Assembly: GCA_038245295.1 (NCBI GenBank)
Contig: JBBRSP010000001.1
Location: 224,001 to 288,000 of the forward strand
Source: Candidatus Binatia bacterium
GTDB taxonomy: Bacteria; Desulfobacterota; Binatia; HRBIN30
DNA: 64,000 nucleotides
Reading direction: 5' to 3'
Part shown: piece after piece, positions 41,725 through 52,550 of the stretch
Numbering within the stretch: the first letter of the stretch is position 1
Layout of the letters: each line of letters starts with the position of its first letter
The notes under the pieces: model-generated
The model's database searches: none
Told to the model about the DNA's origin: nothing
The model's input: the letters and a program-made list of their open reading frames with translations, nothing else
Made by a program: the position numbers and the translations under genes

Positions 41725-42888
41725 TCAACCCTTGCGGCTGGCTTCGACAACGCGACGGCCGGCGTCACCCATGTCCGAGGCCGTCGTGATGTTCAGACCG
41801 GACTCCGCCAGGATCTTCTTGCCGAGCTCCACGTTGGTACCTTCGAGGCGCACGACAACCGGGATCTTTAAATGGACCTGACGGGCCGCCTCGACGACGC
41901 CATTGGCGACGATATCGCACTTCATGATGCCGCCGAAGATATTGATGAGCACGGCGTTGACGTTGGGATCGGCGAGAATGATCTTAAATGCCGCCGTTAC
42001 CTTCTCGGTCGTGGCGCCACCGCCGACATCCAGGAAGTTGGCCGGTAGACCGCCGTAGAGTTTGATGATGTCCATCGTCGCCATGGCGAGGCCGGCACCG
42101 TTCACCATGCAACCGATCGTGCCGTCGAGGGAGATGTAGTTGAGATCGTACTTCGAGGCCTCGATCTCCTTCGGATCTTCCTCGTGGATATCGCGCAACT
42201 CGCGGATGTCGGCATGGCGGAAAAGGGCGTTGTCGTCGAAGCCCATCTTGGCGTCGAGAGCCACCAACTCACCGCCCTTGAGCAGGGCAAGAGGGTTGAT
42301 CTCGGCCATGGCGCAATCACTCTCGACGAAGGCACGGTACAGCGCCGTAATGAAGCTGACACACTTGTTGATCGATTGCTTGGGCAGACCCAGGCCGAAT
42401 GCGATCTTGCGCGCCTGGAACGCCTGAATGCCGACGGCCGGGTCGATGGTCTCGCGCATGATCTTCTCGGGTGCGCGTGCGGCGACCTCTTCGATCTCGA
42501 TCCCGCCTTCCGAACTCGCCATCAAGACGAGCCGGCCCTTGGCGCGATCGAGGGTGAGTCCGAGGTAATACTCCTTGTCCAGGTCGAGACACTCGGCGAC
42601 GAAGACCTTACGCACTTCGCGGCCCTCGGGACCCGTTTGATGCGTGACGAGCTTTTTGCCGAGCAGGTTGGCGGCGAACGTCTTGGCGTCGGCCGCCGTC
42701 TTGCAGAGCTTGACTCCCCCGGCCTTACCGCGACCGCCGGCATGAATCTGCGCCTTGACGACACACAATCCGCCGAGCTTTTGCGAAGCGGCTTCCGCTT
42801 CCTCGGGAGTTGCAGCCACAGTGCCCTTTTGCACGGCGACACCGTAACGGCTGAGAATGTCTTTGGCTTGATACTCGTGAATGTTCAC
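41725..42888 (-). CDS. sucC: Succinyl-CoA synthetase beta subunit
   Basis: [48 protein letters not shown]. Confidence 0.97.
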   Translation of the reverse strand: MNIHEYQAKDILSRYGVAVQKGTVAATPEEAEAASQKLGGLCVVKAQIHAGGRGKAGGVKLCKTAADAKTFAANLLGKKLVTHQTGPEGREVRKVFVAECLDLDKEYYLGLTLDRAKGRLVLMASSEGGIEIEEVAARAPEKIMRETIDPAVGIQAFQARKIAFGLGLPKQSINKCVSFITALYRAFVESDCAMAEINPLALLKGGELVALDAKMGFDDNALFRHADIRELRDIHEEDPKEIEASKYDLNYISLDGTIGCMVNGAGLAMATMDIIKLYGGLPANFLDVGGGATTEKVTAAFKIILADPNVNAVLINIFGGIMKCDIVANGVVEAARQVHLKIPVVVRLEGTNVELGKKILAESGLNITTASDMGDAGRRVVEASRKG

Positions 42889-42920
42889 GCCGACCTCCGC
42901 TCTCTACAAATGACCGGTTG

Positions 42921-43862
42921 TTACGCTGCGGGCAGAAACTTCTGCATTGCCTCGACAAGCTCACGCACGTGGCTTACTGAGACGTCGAGCGCTTTGCGCT
43001 CGTCGGCGGACAGTTCCACTTCGATGACCTTCTCGATACCGCCACCGCCGACGACGACAGGTACACCGACGTAGAAGCCGCGCACGCCGTACTCGCCGTC
43101 GAGCATCGCAGCGCAGGGCAACACTTGTTTGCGATCGAACAGGTACGCCTCGGCCATCTGCACGGCGGCGTGCGCCGGGGAATAGAAGGCGGACATCTTT
43201 AACAGGTTGACGATCTCGCCGCCGGCTTGGCGCACACGCTGCTCAATCTCGTCGAGGCGCTTTGCGGGGATGAGCTTCTCGACCGGCACACCGCCGATGT
43301 GGCACAGGCTGCGGACCGGGACCATGTCGTCGCCGTGACCACCGAGGACGATTGCTTGGACGCTCTGTACCGAGACGCCGAGCTCAAGCGCGACGAAGGT
43401 GCGGTAGCGCGAAGAATCAAGCACGCCAGCCTGACCGACGACCATTTCCTTCTTGAACCCCGTGATCCGCTGCATGGCGGTAACCATGGCATCGAGCGGG
43501 TTGGTAATGACGATGACGAAAGCGTTGGGCGCATGTTTGCGGATGCTGGTCGCCACATCGTTCATGATCTTGGTGTTGACCGACAACAAATCGTCTCGGC
43601 TCATACCCGGCTTGCGCGCCAGACCGGCGGTGACGATGCAGACATCGGCACCGTCGATGTCTGCGTATTCGTTCGTGCCGAGGATATTGCAATCGAAGCC
43701 CTCGATCGGTCCGGACTCGATCAAATCGAGAGCCTTCCCTTGCGGCAACCCCTCGACGACGTCGAACAGGACAACATCTCCGAGGCCCTTGATGGCGCAC
43801 AGATGCGCCAGCGTGCCGCCGATCATTCCCGAGCCAATCAAGGCGATCTTCTTCCGCTTCAT
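42921..43862 (-). CDS. mdh: Malate dehydrogenase (LDH-like)
   Basis: [36 protein letters not shown]. Confidence 0.96.
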   Translation of the reverse strand: MKRKKIALIGSGMIGGTLAHLCAIKGLGDVVLFDVVEGLPQGKALDLIESGPIEGFDCNILGTNEYADIDGADVCIVTAGLARKPGMSRDDLLSVNTKIMNDVATSIRKHAPNAFVIVITNPLDAMVTAMQRITGFKKEMVVGQAGVLDSSRYRTFVALELGVSVQSVQAIVLGGHGDDMVPVRSLCHIGGVPVEKLIPAKRLDEIEQRVRQAGGEIVNLLKMSAFYSPAHAAVQMAEAYLFDRKQVLPCAAMLDGEYGVRGFYVGVPVVVGGGGIEKVIEVELSADERKALDVSVSHVRELVEAMQKFLPAA

Positions 43863-43980
43863 GGGTGACTTCCTCACTTCTCGAATTGGACTCGTCCGAT
43901 TTCGCCGCACCGTATTGTCGGCGCCAGCGCGAGTCGGGCGCGCTTATAGCCAGAAGGCCTTCGGCTCAGCAAGGTTGGAA

Positions 43981-44589
43981 TCACCCTTCGTGTGCAACCG
44001 TCAGACCCAGCACGCCGATCTGGTCCGCCGTGTTGTCGGGCTGCAGCACCCAGGGGCTGACCACGTCGACCGGCTTCCCGTCGAGCGGCCATTTACAGCG
44101 ATCCAGGGTGACGCGAAAACCGTGGCGGACCGCCGACAGCGTCGGCGCGGCATTGGTCGCGCCAGCATCGAGAGCCAGCATGTGGCCCGGGGCCGGAACT
44201 TGGAGAGTCGGGAGGTTGCGCCCGACTTCGCAGCCGAGTGCCGGAGTACTCTCGCCGTCGAGAAAAATTGCCACGCTGAATCGCTGTCCCTGTGGATCTT
44301 CGATTGGTGCGAAGAGAAGAAAATTTTGTTCGCCGATGCCCAGCAAGACGGAGACCTTGCCGCTCTGCGGATGGTTCAACATCAAGGCAGACTGTTCGGC
44401 ATCGGCCCCGGGGCGAATTCCAAGCACGGGGACTGGCGGTGCGAGCAGCGTGCGTGCCAGTTGCAGGTCGGGATTCTGCCCGGCCGTGCCGCTCGGAGCG
44501 AGGGTAATCGCCGTGATTGACGGTGGTGACGGAGCGCATGCCATGAGACCAAGGGCGCCGATCGCGGCCAACAGCAGGGAGCGAAGCAT
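43981..44589 (-). CDS. Hypothetical lipoprotein
   Basis: LMAC lipobox after a hydrophobic signal; fills the gap upstream of mdh. Confidence 0.6.
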   Translation of the reverse strand: MLRSLLLAAIGALGLMACAPSPPSITAITLAPSGTAGQNPDLQLARTLLAPPVPVLGIRPGADAEQSALMLNHPQSGKVSVLLGIGEQNFLLFAPIEDPQGQRFSVAIFLDGESTPALGCEVGRNLPTLQVPAPGHMLALDAGATNAAPTLSAVRHGFRVTLDRCKWPLDGKPVDVVSPWVLQPDNTADQIGVLGLTVAHEG

Positions 44590-44700
44590 CTTTCGCTCGT
44601 TATCGTCGATTCGAGGGCCGCGGTCGACCGTCGCCTTGAATTCGCGTCAAAGCCCCAGCCTCCTCTTGCGAGTTTCTGGCCGCGGGGCTCTAACGCGACG

Positions 44701-46152
44701 ATGCGACTTTCGGTCGTGATTCCAATTTTTAATGAACGCAGTACCGTACGTGAGCTCCTGCGTCGGGTGTGTGCGGTGCCGATGGCCAAGGAAATTATCC
44801 TGGTCGACGATGGCTCGAGCGACGGTACGCGTGATGCGCTGGCGGCTCTCGGGCTGGTTCGCTCGGGCGACGAGGTCGATGTTCCAGCCAACGACGGTTC
44901 GGTCAATCACGTGCGATTGATCGTGCACGAGCGCAACAGCGGCAAAGGGGCGGCGATTCGGTCCGGGTTCGCCGCGGCTACGGGCGAGATATTCCTGATC
45001 CAAGACGCCGATCTCGAGTATGATCCGACCGACTACCCAAAGCTCCTGCAACCGATTCTCGACGGAAAGGCCGACGTCGTCTTCGGCTCACGCTTCACTG
45101 GCTCACCGCGGCGCGTCTTGTTCTACTGGCACGCGGTCGGCAACAAGCTGCTGACGGGTCTGTCGAACATGTTTACCAACCTGAATCTGACGGACATGGA
45201 GACGTGCTACAAAGTCTTCCGCGCCGAGATGATCCGCGGCTTGCCCTTGCGGTCAAATCGCTTCGGGATCGAACCCGAGCTGACAGCCAAGATGGCCCGG
45301 ATGAAGGCACGCATCTACGAGGTGCCGATTTCCTACGCCGGCCGCAGCTACACGGAAGGCAAAAAGATTGGTTGGAAGGATGGCCTCTCGGCCGTCTGGG
45401 TGATCGTAAAATATGCCTTCGTCGACGATCTAGAAAACACCAACTCGGGGTATACCACCCTGAATCGGATGGAGTTGCTGCGGCGCTACAACGCCTGGTT
45501 GTGGACGAAGGTGAAGCCCTTTCTGGGCCGCCACGTTCTCGAGGTTGGCGCCGGCACGGGCAATATGACGCGTCACCTCGCCGGCCTCGCTCCGGAGGTG
45601 GTGGCCACCGAAATCGAGCCCCATTATCTCCGAATCCTCGACCGTCTATTCGGCGATGACCCGCATGTGCGCGTGCTGAGACTCGACCTGGCGCAGGCGT
45701 TGCCCACCGAACTAGGCGGGCCGTTCGACACCGTCATTTGTCTCAACGTTCTTGAGCATGTTGAAGACGATACCGCGGCGCTGCGGCGCTTGCGTGATGT
45801 TCTGCAGCCGGGCGGCACACTGGTTTTGATCGTCCCGGCAATGTCCAAACTGTTTGGTGAGATCGACCGCTCGATCGGCCACTTCCGGCGCTATGATTCC
45901 AAGGACTTGCGGTGCAAGCTGCAGGACGCCGGTCTGACCGTAAGCCACTGGGAGTGGTTCAATACGATCGGGGTGTTCGGGTGGTTCTTGAATTCGCGCT
46001 TGCTGCGCCGAAAGAGTGTTCCCGGCTTTCAGGCCCGCCTCAACGATTTGCTTGTGCCTCTTCTACGTTTTGAGGGCCGACTGCAGCCGCGTTGGGGAAT
46101 GTCGCTGCTGGTGGCGGTCCAGCGCTCGGACACGCTGCGCCAGGTGGGCTAG
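44701..46152 (+). CDS. Fused GT2 glycosyltransferase (DPM1-like) and class I SAM methyltransferase
   Basis: LSVVIPIFNE, VDDGSSDGT, IQDADLEYDP, DMETCYK; then LEVGAGTG, LNVLEH, GHFRRY. Confidence 0.92.
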   Translation: MRLSVVIPIFNERSTVRELLRRVCAVPMAKEIILVDDGSSDGTRDALAALGLVRSGDEVDVPANDGSVNHVRLIVHERNSGKGAAIRSGFAAATGEIFLIQDADLEYDPTDYPKLLQPILDGKADVVFGSRFTGSPRRVLFYWHAVGNKLLTGLSNMFTNLNLTDMETCYKVFRAEMIRGLPLRSNRFGIEPELTAKMARMKARIYEVPISYAGRSYTEGKKIGWKDGLSAVWVIVKYAFVDDLENTNSGYTTLNRMELLRRYNAWLWTKVKPFLGRHVLEVGAGTGNMTRHLAGLAPEVVATEIEPHYLRILDRLFGDDPHVRVLRLDLAQALPTELGGPFDTVICLNVLEHVEDDTAALRRLRDVLQPGGTLVLIVPAMSKLFGEIDRSIGHFRRYDSKDLRCKLQDAGLTVSHWEWFNTIGVFGWFLNSRLLRRKSVPGFQARLNDLLVPLLRFEGRLQPRWGMSLLVAVQRSDTLRQVG

Positions 46153-46271
46153 CTGCCGATGAGCAAGATGTAGATCGTCAGAATGGCGGACAGGGCGAGC
46201 CCGATTCGTAAACCCCAGACGGTCAGAATTTCAATCGCTCGGTCCATGGAAGAGTTGTTCGTTTGCATCAT
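46149..46271 (-). CDS. Possible 40-aa single-TM small protein
   Basis: MMQTNNSSMDRAIEILTVWGLRIGLALSAILTIYILLIGS; stop overlaps the convergent gene's stop. Confidence 0.4.
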   Translation of the reverse strand: MMQTNNSSMDRAIEILTVWGLRIGLALSAILTIYILLIGS

Positions 46272-46443
46272 TGCCTGCGCCTTTGCAAGGATTGTGCACG
46301 CTCTCGCAGCACTGGTTTGCCGCAAGTTCACGCTTCGTACTGACAATCCTGCGTGACATCCCGTACGTTGGGGATGACAGTATTCGTTGGTCGGCGCGTA
46401 AACTCACGAGGGAACAGCGGCCGAGGGATTGTTCCGAGGTCCC

Positions 46444-48447
46444 CTAGTCCGGCCAAGGCTCAGTCTCCTCCACGAGAGTCACCGATTGATAGAGATTGCT
46501 GGCGAGGCCGTCGAGAAAACGTGAGGGTTTGGCCATCACCATGCCGATCCCGCGGTCGAAAATATAGATCGGATAGGAGAGAAACAGGTGCTCTTTGGCG
46601 CGCGTGGCGGCGACGTAGAGCAGTCGGCGCTCCTCTTCGACGTCGTCTCCCTCGACGTTGTAGGCCGATGGAAAGCGGCCTTCCGCGAGCCAGATGACGA
46701 ACACCGATTTCCATTCGAGCCCTTTGGCGGAATGCACGGTCGACAGAGTCAGGAGCCCTTCGTCTTCGTCGCCCCCGGCCATGACATCGCCGACACTGTC
46801 GGTTGGTGGCTCGAGGGCCATGTCGACCAACAAGGCTTCGAGGCTCTGATAGCGCGTTGCCAGGGCGATGAAATGGTCTAGATCCTTGCGCCGACGCGGG
46901 TGATCGTCGGCGTGCAGGCGCTGCAGAATGGGCTCGTAGTAGCGAACGACTTCCGTGAGCTGGGCCTCCGGCAGCTCGAGGGTGCGCAGGCGCCGCAGCA
47001 GACCGGCCAAGGTTGCCAGGCCCGCCTGAACGGCGCGTTTTGGAAACGCCTGCAGCTGGGCCACCATGTCGTCGCCGGCGAGCACCGAGGCGAGAATTTC
47101 TTCGCTCATCCGCGGTCCGACACCTTCGAGCAGTAACAAGACGCGGTGCCACGACACGGCGTCGCGCGGATTTGCCAAGATCCGCAAGTGCGCCAGAGTG
47201 TCTTTAATGTGGGCCGTTTCGACGAATTTGAAGCCGCCGCGTTTGACGAACGGAATGTCGTGCCGGGTAAGCTCGAGCTCGAGATCGTAGGCGTGAAAAC
47301 TCGATCGGAAGAGCACGGCGATTTCGTCCAGCGGCACCCCTTCCTCGCGCAGATCGAGGATGCGCTGACAAATGAAGCGAGATTGGTCGTGTTCCGTTGG
47401 TGCCGCTATCAGCGCTGGTCTTAACCCATCTATCTTCTTGCTGAACAGCTGCTTGGTATGGCGCTCTCTGGCCTGCGCAATTACCGCGTTGGTGAGGTCG
47501 AGGACGGGCTGTGTGCTGCGATAGTTCTCCTCGATGGCGATCAGGCGTGCCGTCGGGAAGATCTGCGGAAAGTCCATGATATTGCGGAAGTTGGCGCCAC
47601 GAAAGGAGTAGATGCTTTGGGCGTCATCGCCGACCGCCATGACGTTGCCGTGTGGCTCGACGAGCAAGCGGACAATCTCCGCCTGCAGGCGGTTGGTGTC
47701 CTGGTACTCGTCGACCATCACGTAGCGGAAGGTTGCCGCCAGACGGTCACGGATCGCCGGGTGGTTGGCCAGCAACTCGTGTAGCTTGACGAGCAAATCA
47801 TCGTAGTTCGCGAGCTGGCGTTCGGCCTTGTAGGTTGCGTAGGCCGTCTGCAAGGCGACGAGGTCCTCGAGGTGATCAATTAGATGAGGATGCTCCTCCT
47901 CGATCAAGTCAGCGAGCGTACGACCTTTGTTGACGACCGCGCTGAAGAGATCAGCGATCGTCTGTTTGCGCGGAAAACGGCGCTCCTTCTTGTCCAGACC
48001 GAACTTTGCGCGAAGCAGGTTGATGACATCTTCGCCATCGCCGCGATCAAGTATGGTGAAGCCGCTGTGCAGACCGACGTGGCTGCCATGCCGGCGCAGC
48101 ATCTTGTTGGCGAAGGAGTGGAAGGTGCCGCCTTCGACCTCCTCGCACCGCCCGTCGAGCAGTTGCGCGGCTCGCCGCAGCATCTCTTGTGCTGCGCGTC
48201 GCGTGAAGGTGAGCAGCAGGATGGCGCGCGGCTCGACGCCTGACTCAACGAGTCGGGCGACCCGATAGACGAGGGTGCGGGTCTTGCCCGTCCCGGCGCC
48301 TGCGACGACGAGGATTGCGCCGGTGGTAGCCGTTACCGCCTCGTACTGAGCCGGGTTGAGCTCGCTGCGGTAGTCGATCCGATATTTCGACTCGCCCGTG
48401 CCGAGTGGCTCGCGCCGTAAGACGTAGCGTTGCGGCTCGTCAGGCAC
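46444..48447 (-). CDS. UvrD/PcrA-family ATP-dependent DNA helicase
   Basis: AGAGTGKT, VMVDEYQDTN, VGDDAQSIYSFRGA, ENYRS, STVHSAKGLEW, EERRLLYVAATRA. Confidence 0.95.
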   Translation of the reverse strand: MPDEPQRYVLRREPLGTGESKYRIDYRSELNPAQYEAVTATTGAILVVAGAGTGKTRTLVYRVARLVESGVEPRAILLLTFTRRAAQEMLRRAAQLLDGRCEEVEGGTFHSFANKMLRRHGSHVGLHSGFTILDRGDGEDVINLLRAKFGLDKKERRFPRKQTIADLFSAVVNKGRTLADLIEEEHPHLIDHLEDLVALQTAYATYKAERQLANYDDLLVKLHELLANHPAIRDRLAATFRYVMVDEYQDTNRLQAEIVRLLVEPHGNVMAVGDDAQSIYSFRGANFRNIMDFPQIFPTARLIAIEENYRSTQPVLDLTNAVIAQARERHTKQLFSKKIDGLRPALIAAPTEHDQSRFICQRILDLREEGVPLDEIAVLFRSSFHAYDLELELTRHDIPFVKRGGFKFVETAHIKDTLAHLRILANPRDAVSWHRVLLLLEGVGPRMSEEILASVLAGDDMVAQLQAFPKRAVQAGLATLAGLLRRLRTLELPEAQLTEVVRYYEPILQRLHADDHPRRRKDLDHFIALATRYQSLEALLVDMALEPPTDSVGDVMAGGDEDEGLLTLSTVHSAKGLEWKSVFVIWLAEGRFPSAYNVEGDDVEEERRLLYVAATRAKEHLFLSYPIYIFDRGIGMVMAKPSRFLDGLASNLYQSVTLVEETEPWPD

Positions 48448-48515
48448 GGTGGGTCACGGGATTTGAAAAGTGGATGGCATCAAGCATCGCGGGCGACTAT
48501 ACGCAGAGGTGTCGT

Positions 48516-48734
48516 ATGCGACAACACTTGGATCTGCGCGCGATGCGTTGCCCGTTGAGCTGGGTGAAGACTAAGCTGACCCTGGAAGAGGTTGCCATCG
48601 GTGGTGAACTCGAAGTAGTGGTTGGCGACGAGAAGAGTGCTCGTGACCTGCCGCGTGCGGCCGAAGCGGCTGGCCACCATGTGGCTGAGGTCGAAGCCGA
48701 GGGTGCGGTGTGGCGCATCTTGATCGTTCGTTGA
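48516..48734 (+). CDS. TusA/SirA-family sulfur carrier
   Basis: LDLRAMRCPLSWVKTK CPxx motif; 72 aa. Confidence 0.85.
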   Translation: MRQHLDLRAMRCPLSWVKTKLTLEEVAIGGELEVVVGDEKSARDLPRAAEAAGHHVAEVEAEGAVWRILIVR

Positions 48735-48808
48735 CTGCCGTTGAGTCTCAGCGCGGCGCGTTGTAAGGTCCGCCCGCACGGTTTGATTTAGGAAAGGAAA
48801 GAGACAAG

Positions 48809-49567
48809 TTGGCGTTTCGCGGAAGAGGCCCCCGGTTCATTCCCCCCCCACCTGATGCACATCGCATCAATCGTTACATTCGAGCACCACAAGTCCGCTT
48901 GGTCGGTGCGGACGGTGCGCCCTTGGGGGTTGTGGCCATCGAAGATGCTCTTCGTTTGGCGGATCAGGCCCAATTGGATCTGGTCGAGGTGGCACCGACG
49001 GCGCAGCCGCCCGTGTGCCGTATTCTCGATTACGGCAAGTTCAAATATCAGCAACACAAGAAGGAAGCGGAGGCGCGCCGCAAGCAGACCACGACGCAGG
49101 TCAAAGAGCTGCGGCTTGGCTATCGCACCGATGTTGGCGACCTCGAGCGCCAGATCGAAAAGGCGCGCGAGTTTCTCGCCGAGGGCGACCGGGTCAAGTT
49201 CACGTTGCGTTTCCGTGGCCGCGAAATGGCCTACCAGGATCTCGGCCGGCAGAAGCTGATGAAGGTGTGTACGGCCCTCTCGGACATCGCCACGGTCGAG
49301 GGTAATCCGCGCATGGAAGGCCGCCTCATGGGCGTCGTCATTGCGCCCGGAGCGCAGAAAAAGAAGCCGACTTTGCCGCCGCCAAGCGCGCCACGGCCGG
49401 CTGCCGCCGCTGCTGCCGCTCAATCGGCGACCGCTGCTCCAGCCGCTGCGGCTTCAGCAGCGCCGACCGCTCCAGCCGCTGCGGCTTCAGCAGCGCCGAC
49501 CGCTCCAGCCGCTGCTCCTGCTGTGGCCAAGCCGGCGCCGCCGCAAAACGACGGCCCTGCTTCTTGA
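48809..49567 (+). CDS. infC: Translation initiation factor IF-3 with Ala/Pro-rich C-terminal extension
   Basis: RINRYIRAPQVRLV, LDLVEVAP, PPVCRILDYGKFKY, RFRGRE; TTG start after AGGAAAG. Confidence 0.95.
   Translation: MAFRGRGPRFIPPPPDAHRINRYIRAPQVRLVGADGAPLGVVAIEDALRLADQAQLDLVEVAPTAQPPVCRILDYGKFKYQQHKKEAEARRKQTTTQVKELRLGYRTDVGDLERQIEKAREFLAEGDRVKFTLRFRGREMAYQDLGRQKLMKVCTALSDIATVEGNPRMEGRLMGVVIAPGAQKKKPTLPPPSAPRPAAAAAAAQSATAAPAAAASAAPTAPAAAASAAPTAPAAAPAVAKPAPPQNDGPAS
49436..49515 (+). repeat. 33-bp perfect tandem repeat x2.4 in the infC tail
   Basis: GCTCCAGCCGCTGCGGCTTCAGCAGCGCCGACC repeated (APAAAASAAPT). Confidence 0.9.
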
Positions 49568-49616
49568 ACGCGATCTATCTCTCCGGCGTTCGGGGGAGTA
49601 CGGGCGCGAGCTAAGC

Positions 49617-50258
49617 CTACGGTAGGATCCGCACGCGGCGCCCGTCGATCGCCAGTCGCCCATCGCCCCACAGCTGAATGGCCTGTGGATACAACTCGTT
49701 TTCGACGCCGTGCACGCGGGCTGCCAACTGCGACGCGTCGTCGTCGTCGAGTACCGGCACGCTGCCTTGCAGAATGATCGGGCCGTGGTCGTATTCGTCA
49801 TCAGCGAAGTGCACGGTGCAGCCGCTGAGCTTCACCCCGGCGGCGATCGCCGCTTCGTGCACTCGGGCTCCGTAAAACCCCTTGCCGCTAAACGCCGGGA
49901 TGAGCGCCGGATGGATGTTCATTGCCCGGTGCGTATAGCGACCGCGTAGCTGAATGGGGGACAGAAACCCCGCCATGACGATGAGATCAAATTCGTGGTG
50001 CGCCAATTCGGCGTGCAGCGCGTCGTTGAAACGATCCGCATCCGGCAGCGCCTTGCGCTCGACGACGGCATGCGGCACGCCGGCCTGACGAGCGCGTTCG
50101 AGGCCGTAGGCATTCGACTTCGAAGCAATTACGACACGCACACTGGCGCGCAACCGTCCATCGGCACTGCGATCGAGCAGGTTTTCTAGCGTCGTGCCGC
50201 TACCCGAAAGCAGCACCGCCAGGCGCACCGGATGATTTAGGCGAGGAATGTGAATCAT
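49617..50258 (-). CDS. purN: Phosphoribosylglycinamide formyltransferase
   Basis: LAVLLSGSGTTL, NIHPALIPAF, GCTVHFADDEYDHGPII. Confidence 0.95.
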   Translation of the reverse strand: MIHIPRLNHPVRLAVLLSGSGTTLENLLDRSADGRLRASVRVVIASKSNAYGLERARQAGVPHAVVERKALPDADRFNDALHAELAHHEFDLIVMAGFLSPIQLRGRYTHRAMNIHPALIPAFSGKGFYGARVHEAAIAAGVKLSGCTVHFADDEYDHGPIILQGSVPVLDDDDASQLAARVHGVENELYPQAIQLWGDGRLAIDGRRVRILP

Positions 50259-50268
50259 GGGTGCTGGC

Positions 50269-51204
50269 TCAGCGCGGACTTTCGCGGATCTCCTGGATGA
50301 TGGCTTCGAGCACGAGCTGGAATCCCAGCAGGAATGGCAGGACACTCAACATTACCGTTCCGGTGCTTGCCGGATGGCCGAACCACCACGACAAGAACCA
50401 CCGGTAGGCGCCAAACCCCGTACCCCAGGTCAGCAATGGCACGCCCAGCAGCCAGAAAACGGCGATCGGCGAGAAGTCGCGGACGACGTATTTTTCCCAG
50501 ATGCGGCGAGCCAGGCCGCGTGCCAAATAGGCCGGGAAGGTGACCAGGACGCGCTCGACGCGGAGGTGGGATTGCTCGTTCCCATAATGCGCCGGGATGG
50601 CAATATCCTTGGCGCGACAGCCGAGAACGTTGAGGCGGATCAGCATGTCGTTCTCAAAGAAAAAATCGCGTGCCACGCCGTCCAGGTCGATACCTCGCAA
50701 CGCCGTCGCGCGAATCGCGACGAAGCCGTTCTGTGGGTCGAAAAGATGCCAGTAGCCGGATGCGAGCTTGGTCAGAAAGGTCAGCGCAAAACTCCCCAGC
50801 AGTCGTAGCTTGGGCATTTGCTTCAATGCGTCGGTGTGGAGGAAACGATTGCCTTTGGTGTACTCGTAGCCCTCGTTTACGAGCGGCCCCAGTAGCTCGC
50901 CGATACGCTGAGGATCCATTTGTCCGTCGCCGTCAACCTTGACGATCAGATCGGCGCCCTCGGCAAGTGCTTCGCGCATGCCCGTGATGGTTGCGCCTCC
51001 GACTCCTTGGTCGAGTCGGTTGACGATGACGCGGACACGCGGATCCCCCAGACTGAGCGCCGTGGTCCCCGTGCCGTCGGTCGAACGGTCGTCGACGACA
51101 ATGACCAGGTCGACAAACTCCGGCATACGCTGCAGGACGCCACCGATATGCGCCCCCTCATTGTATGCCGGCATAACGACGGCGACACGTTGACCTTCGA
51201 ACAT
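50269..51204 (-). CDS. GT2 glycosyltransferase with C-terminal TM helices
   Basis: VVMPAYNE, VDDRSTDGT, KVDGDGQMDP, KGNRF, DPQNGF. Confidence 0.92.
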   Translation of the reverse strand: MFEGQRVAVVMPAYNEGAHIGGVLQRMPEFVDLVIVVDDRSTDGTGTTALSLGDPRVRVIVNRLDQGVGGATITGMREALAEGADLIVKVDGDGQMDPQRIGELLGPLVNEGYEYTKGNRFLHTDALKQMPKLRLLGSFALTFLTKLASGYWHLFDPQNGFVAIRATALRGIDLDGVARDFFFENDMLIRLNVLGCRAKDIAIPAHYGNEQSHLRVERVLVTFPAYLARGLARRIWEKYVVRDFSPIAVFWLLGVPLLTWGTGFGAYRWFLSWWFGHPASTGTVMLSVLPFLLGFQLVLEAIIQEIRESPR

Positions 51205-51390
51205 AAACGCGCCGTCTACCGGATTCGGGGCAGTGATGCCAGCGGCGTGCCGCCCAGACCCCGACCGGCCAGCGCGGGATTGATGCAGCCATTCAGCCGC
51301 TCCGATCGCTCGTACAGGCCACAATCCTTGCCGTGCGGCGGCGTCACACATATAGGATCGCGACCGTAATCTCTGCTGGAGGTGCTGCTG

Positions 51391-52470
51391 ATGATGCGTG
51401 ATATCGAATTGCCACCGACGGGTGCACTGGAAAATGTTGCGACCGCGTTCCCGACGATTTTCAATTGGGAATATAAGCTGCGGCGCGATGATCTGATGCG
51501 CCTGTATGAGAAGGGTAAGACTCTCCAGTGGAATGCCGCCACCGATCTCGATTGGTCGATCGACGTTGATCCGCAACGGGTGCGTGCCGAGAACATCGCG
51601 GCGTTCGAAGCACTCTTGCAGCCGCCTGAGAGCATTGGGGTCGAGGGACACCGCAAGCTCAAGCACCACATGGATGCGTGGACGATCTCGCAATTCATGC
51701 ACGGCGAACAGGGAGCCCTTCTGGCAACGGCGCAGTTGGTCAACACCGTGCCGTGGACGGAAGGCAAGTTTTACGCCGCCAACCAGGTGGCGGACGAGGC
51801 GCGACATGTCGAGGCCTACCGCCGCTATCTAACCGAGAAGATGGGCCTGAGCTTCCCGGTAAATCCGCACCTGCACACACTCCTGCAGCAAATCATCGGC
51901 GAATCGCGATGGGATATGATCTATCTCGGCATGCAGATCATGGTGGAAGGCCTGGCTCTGGCCGCCTTCGGCGTTACCAAGTTCACCCAGCCCGATGAGC
52001 CGCTCATCCAGCAAATCACCAGCTACATCATGCGTGACGAAGCCCGTCATGTCGCGTTCGGGGTTTTGTCGTTACAAGACCTCTACACGAAGGAGATGTC
52101 GTCGACCGAACTGCGCGAACGCGAGGAGTTCGTGATCGAAGCGACTGTCCTGATGCGCGATCGCCTGCTCATGGAGGAAGTCTGGGAGCGAATCGGGCTC
52201 GACGCGAAAGTCTGGATGCCGTGGTCGATGAACACGCCGTTCATGCAGGGCTTCCGACAAATCCTGTTCTCCAAGATCGTCCCGAACTTGAAGCGGCTTG
52301 GGCTGCTGACGCCGCGCGTCCGCAAGAAGTTCGCCGAGCTCGACATCCTCGAATACGAAAGTCTGCCCGATTCGACGCAGGAGGAAGAGACCGCTGTGCC
52401 GCCGGCTCTGCTCAGTTTCTTCTTCAAGCTGCAAGCGGCCGGAGTCAAACTTCCAGGCTTCGGCAACTAA
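51391..52470 (+). CDS. Ferritin-like di-iron protein (AurF-like)
   Basis: HGEQGAL, two DEARH motifs, QIMVEGLALAAF; GGAGG RBS. Confidence 0.88.
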   Translation: MMRDIELPPTGALENVATAFPTIFNWEYKLRRDDLMRLYEKGKTLQWNAATDLDWSIDVDPQRVRAENIAAFEALLQPPESIGVEGHRKLKHHMDAWTISQFMHGEQGALLATAQLVNTVPWTEGKFYAANQVADEARHVEAYRRYLTEKMGLSFPVNPHLHTLLQQIIGESRWDMIYLGMQIMVEGLALAAFGVTKFTQPDEPLIQQITSYIMRDEARHVAFGVLSLQDLYTKEMSSTELREREEFVIEATVLMRDRLLMEEVWERIGLDAKVWMPWSMNTPFMQGFRQILFSKIVPNLKRLGLLTPRVRKKFAELDILEYESLPDSTQEEETAVPPALLSFFFKLQAAGVKLPGFGN

Positions 52471-52550
52471 CGGTTCAAAAGTCCCGGAAAAGCGCGTTGC
52501 GTAACGGTCCGCCGGCATAGTAGATCGCACAGTTCTACGTGGATGGCTCG

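Noticed and set aside
51320..51331. CACAATCCTTGC shared with 46285-46296 as a common operator
   Set aside because: A single 12-mer match can arise by chance, and the GG-N10-GC spacing is not met here
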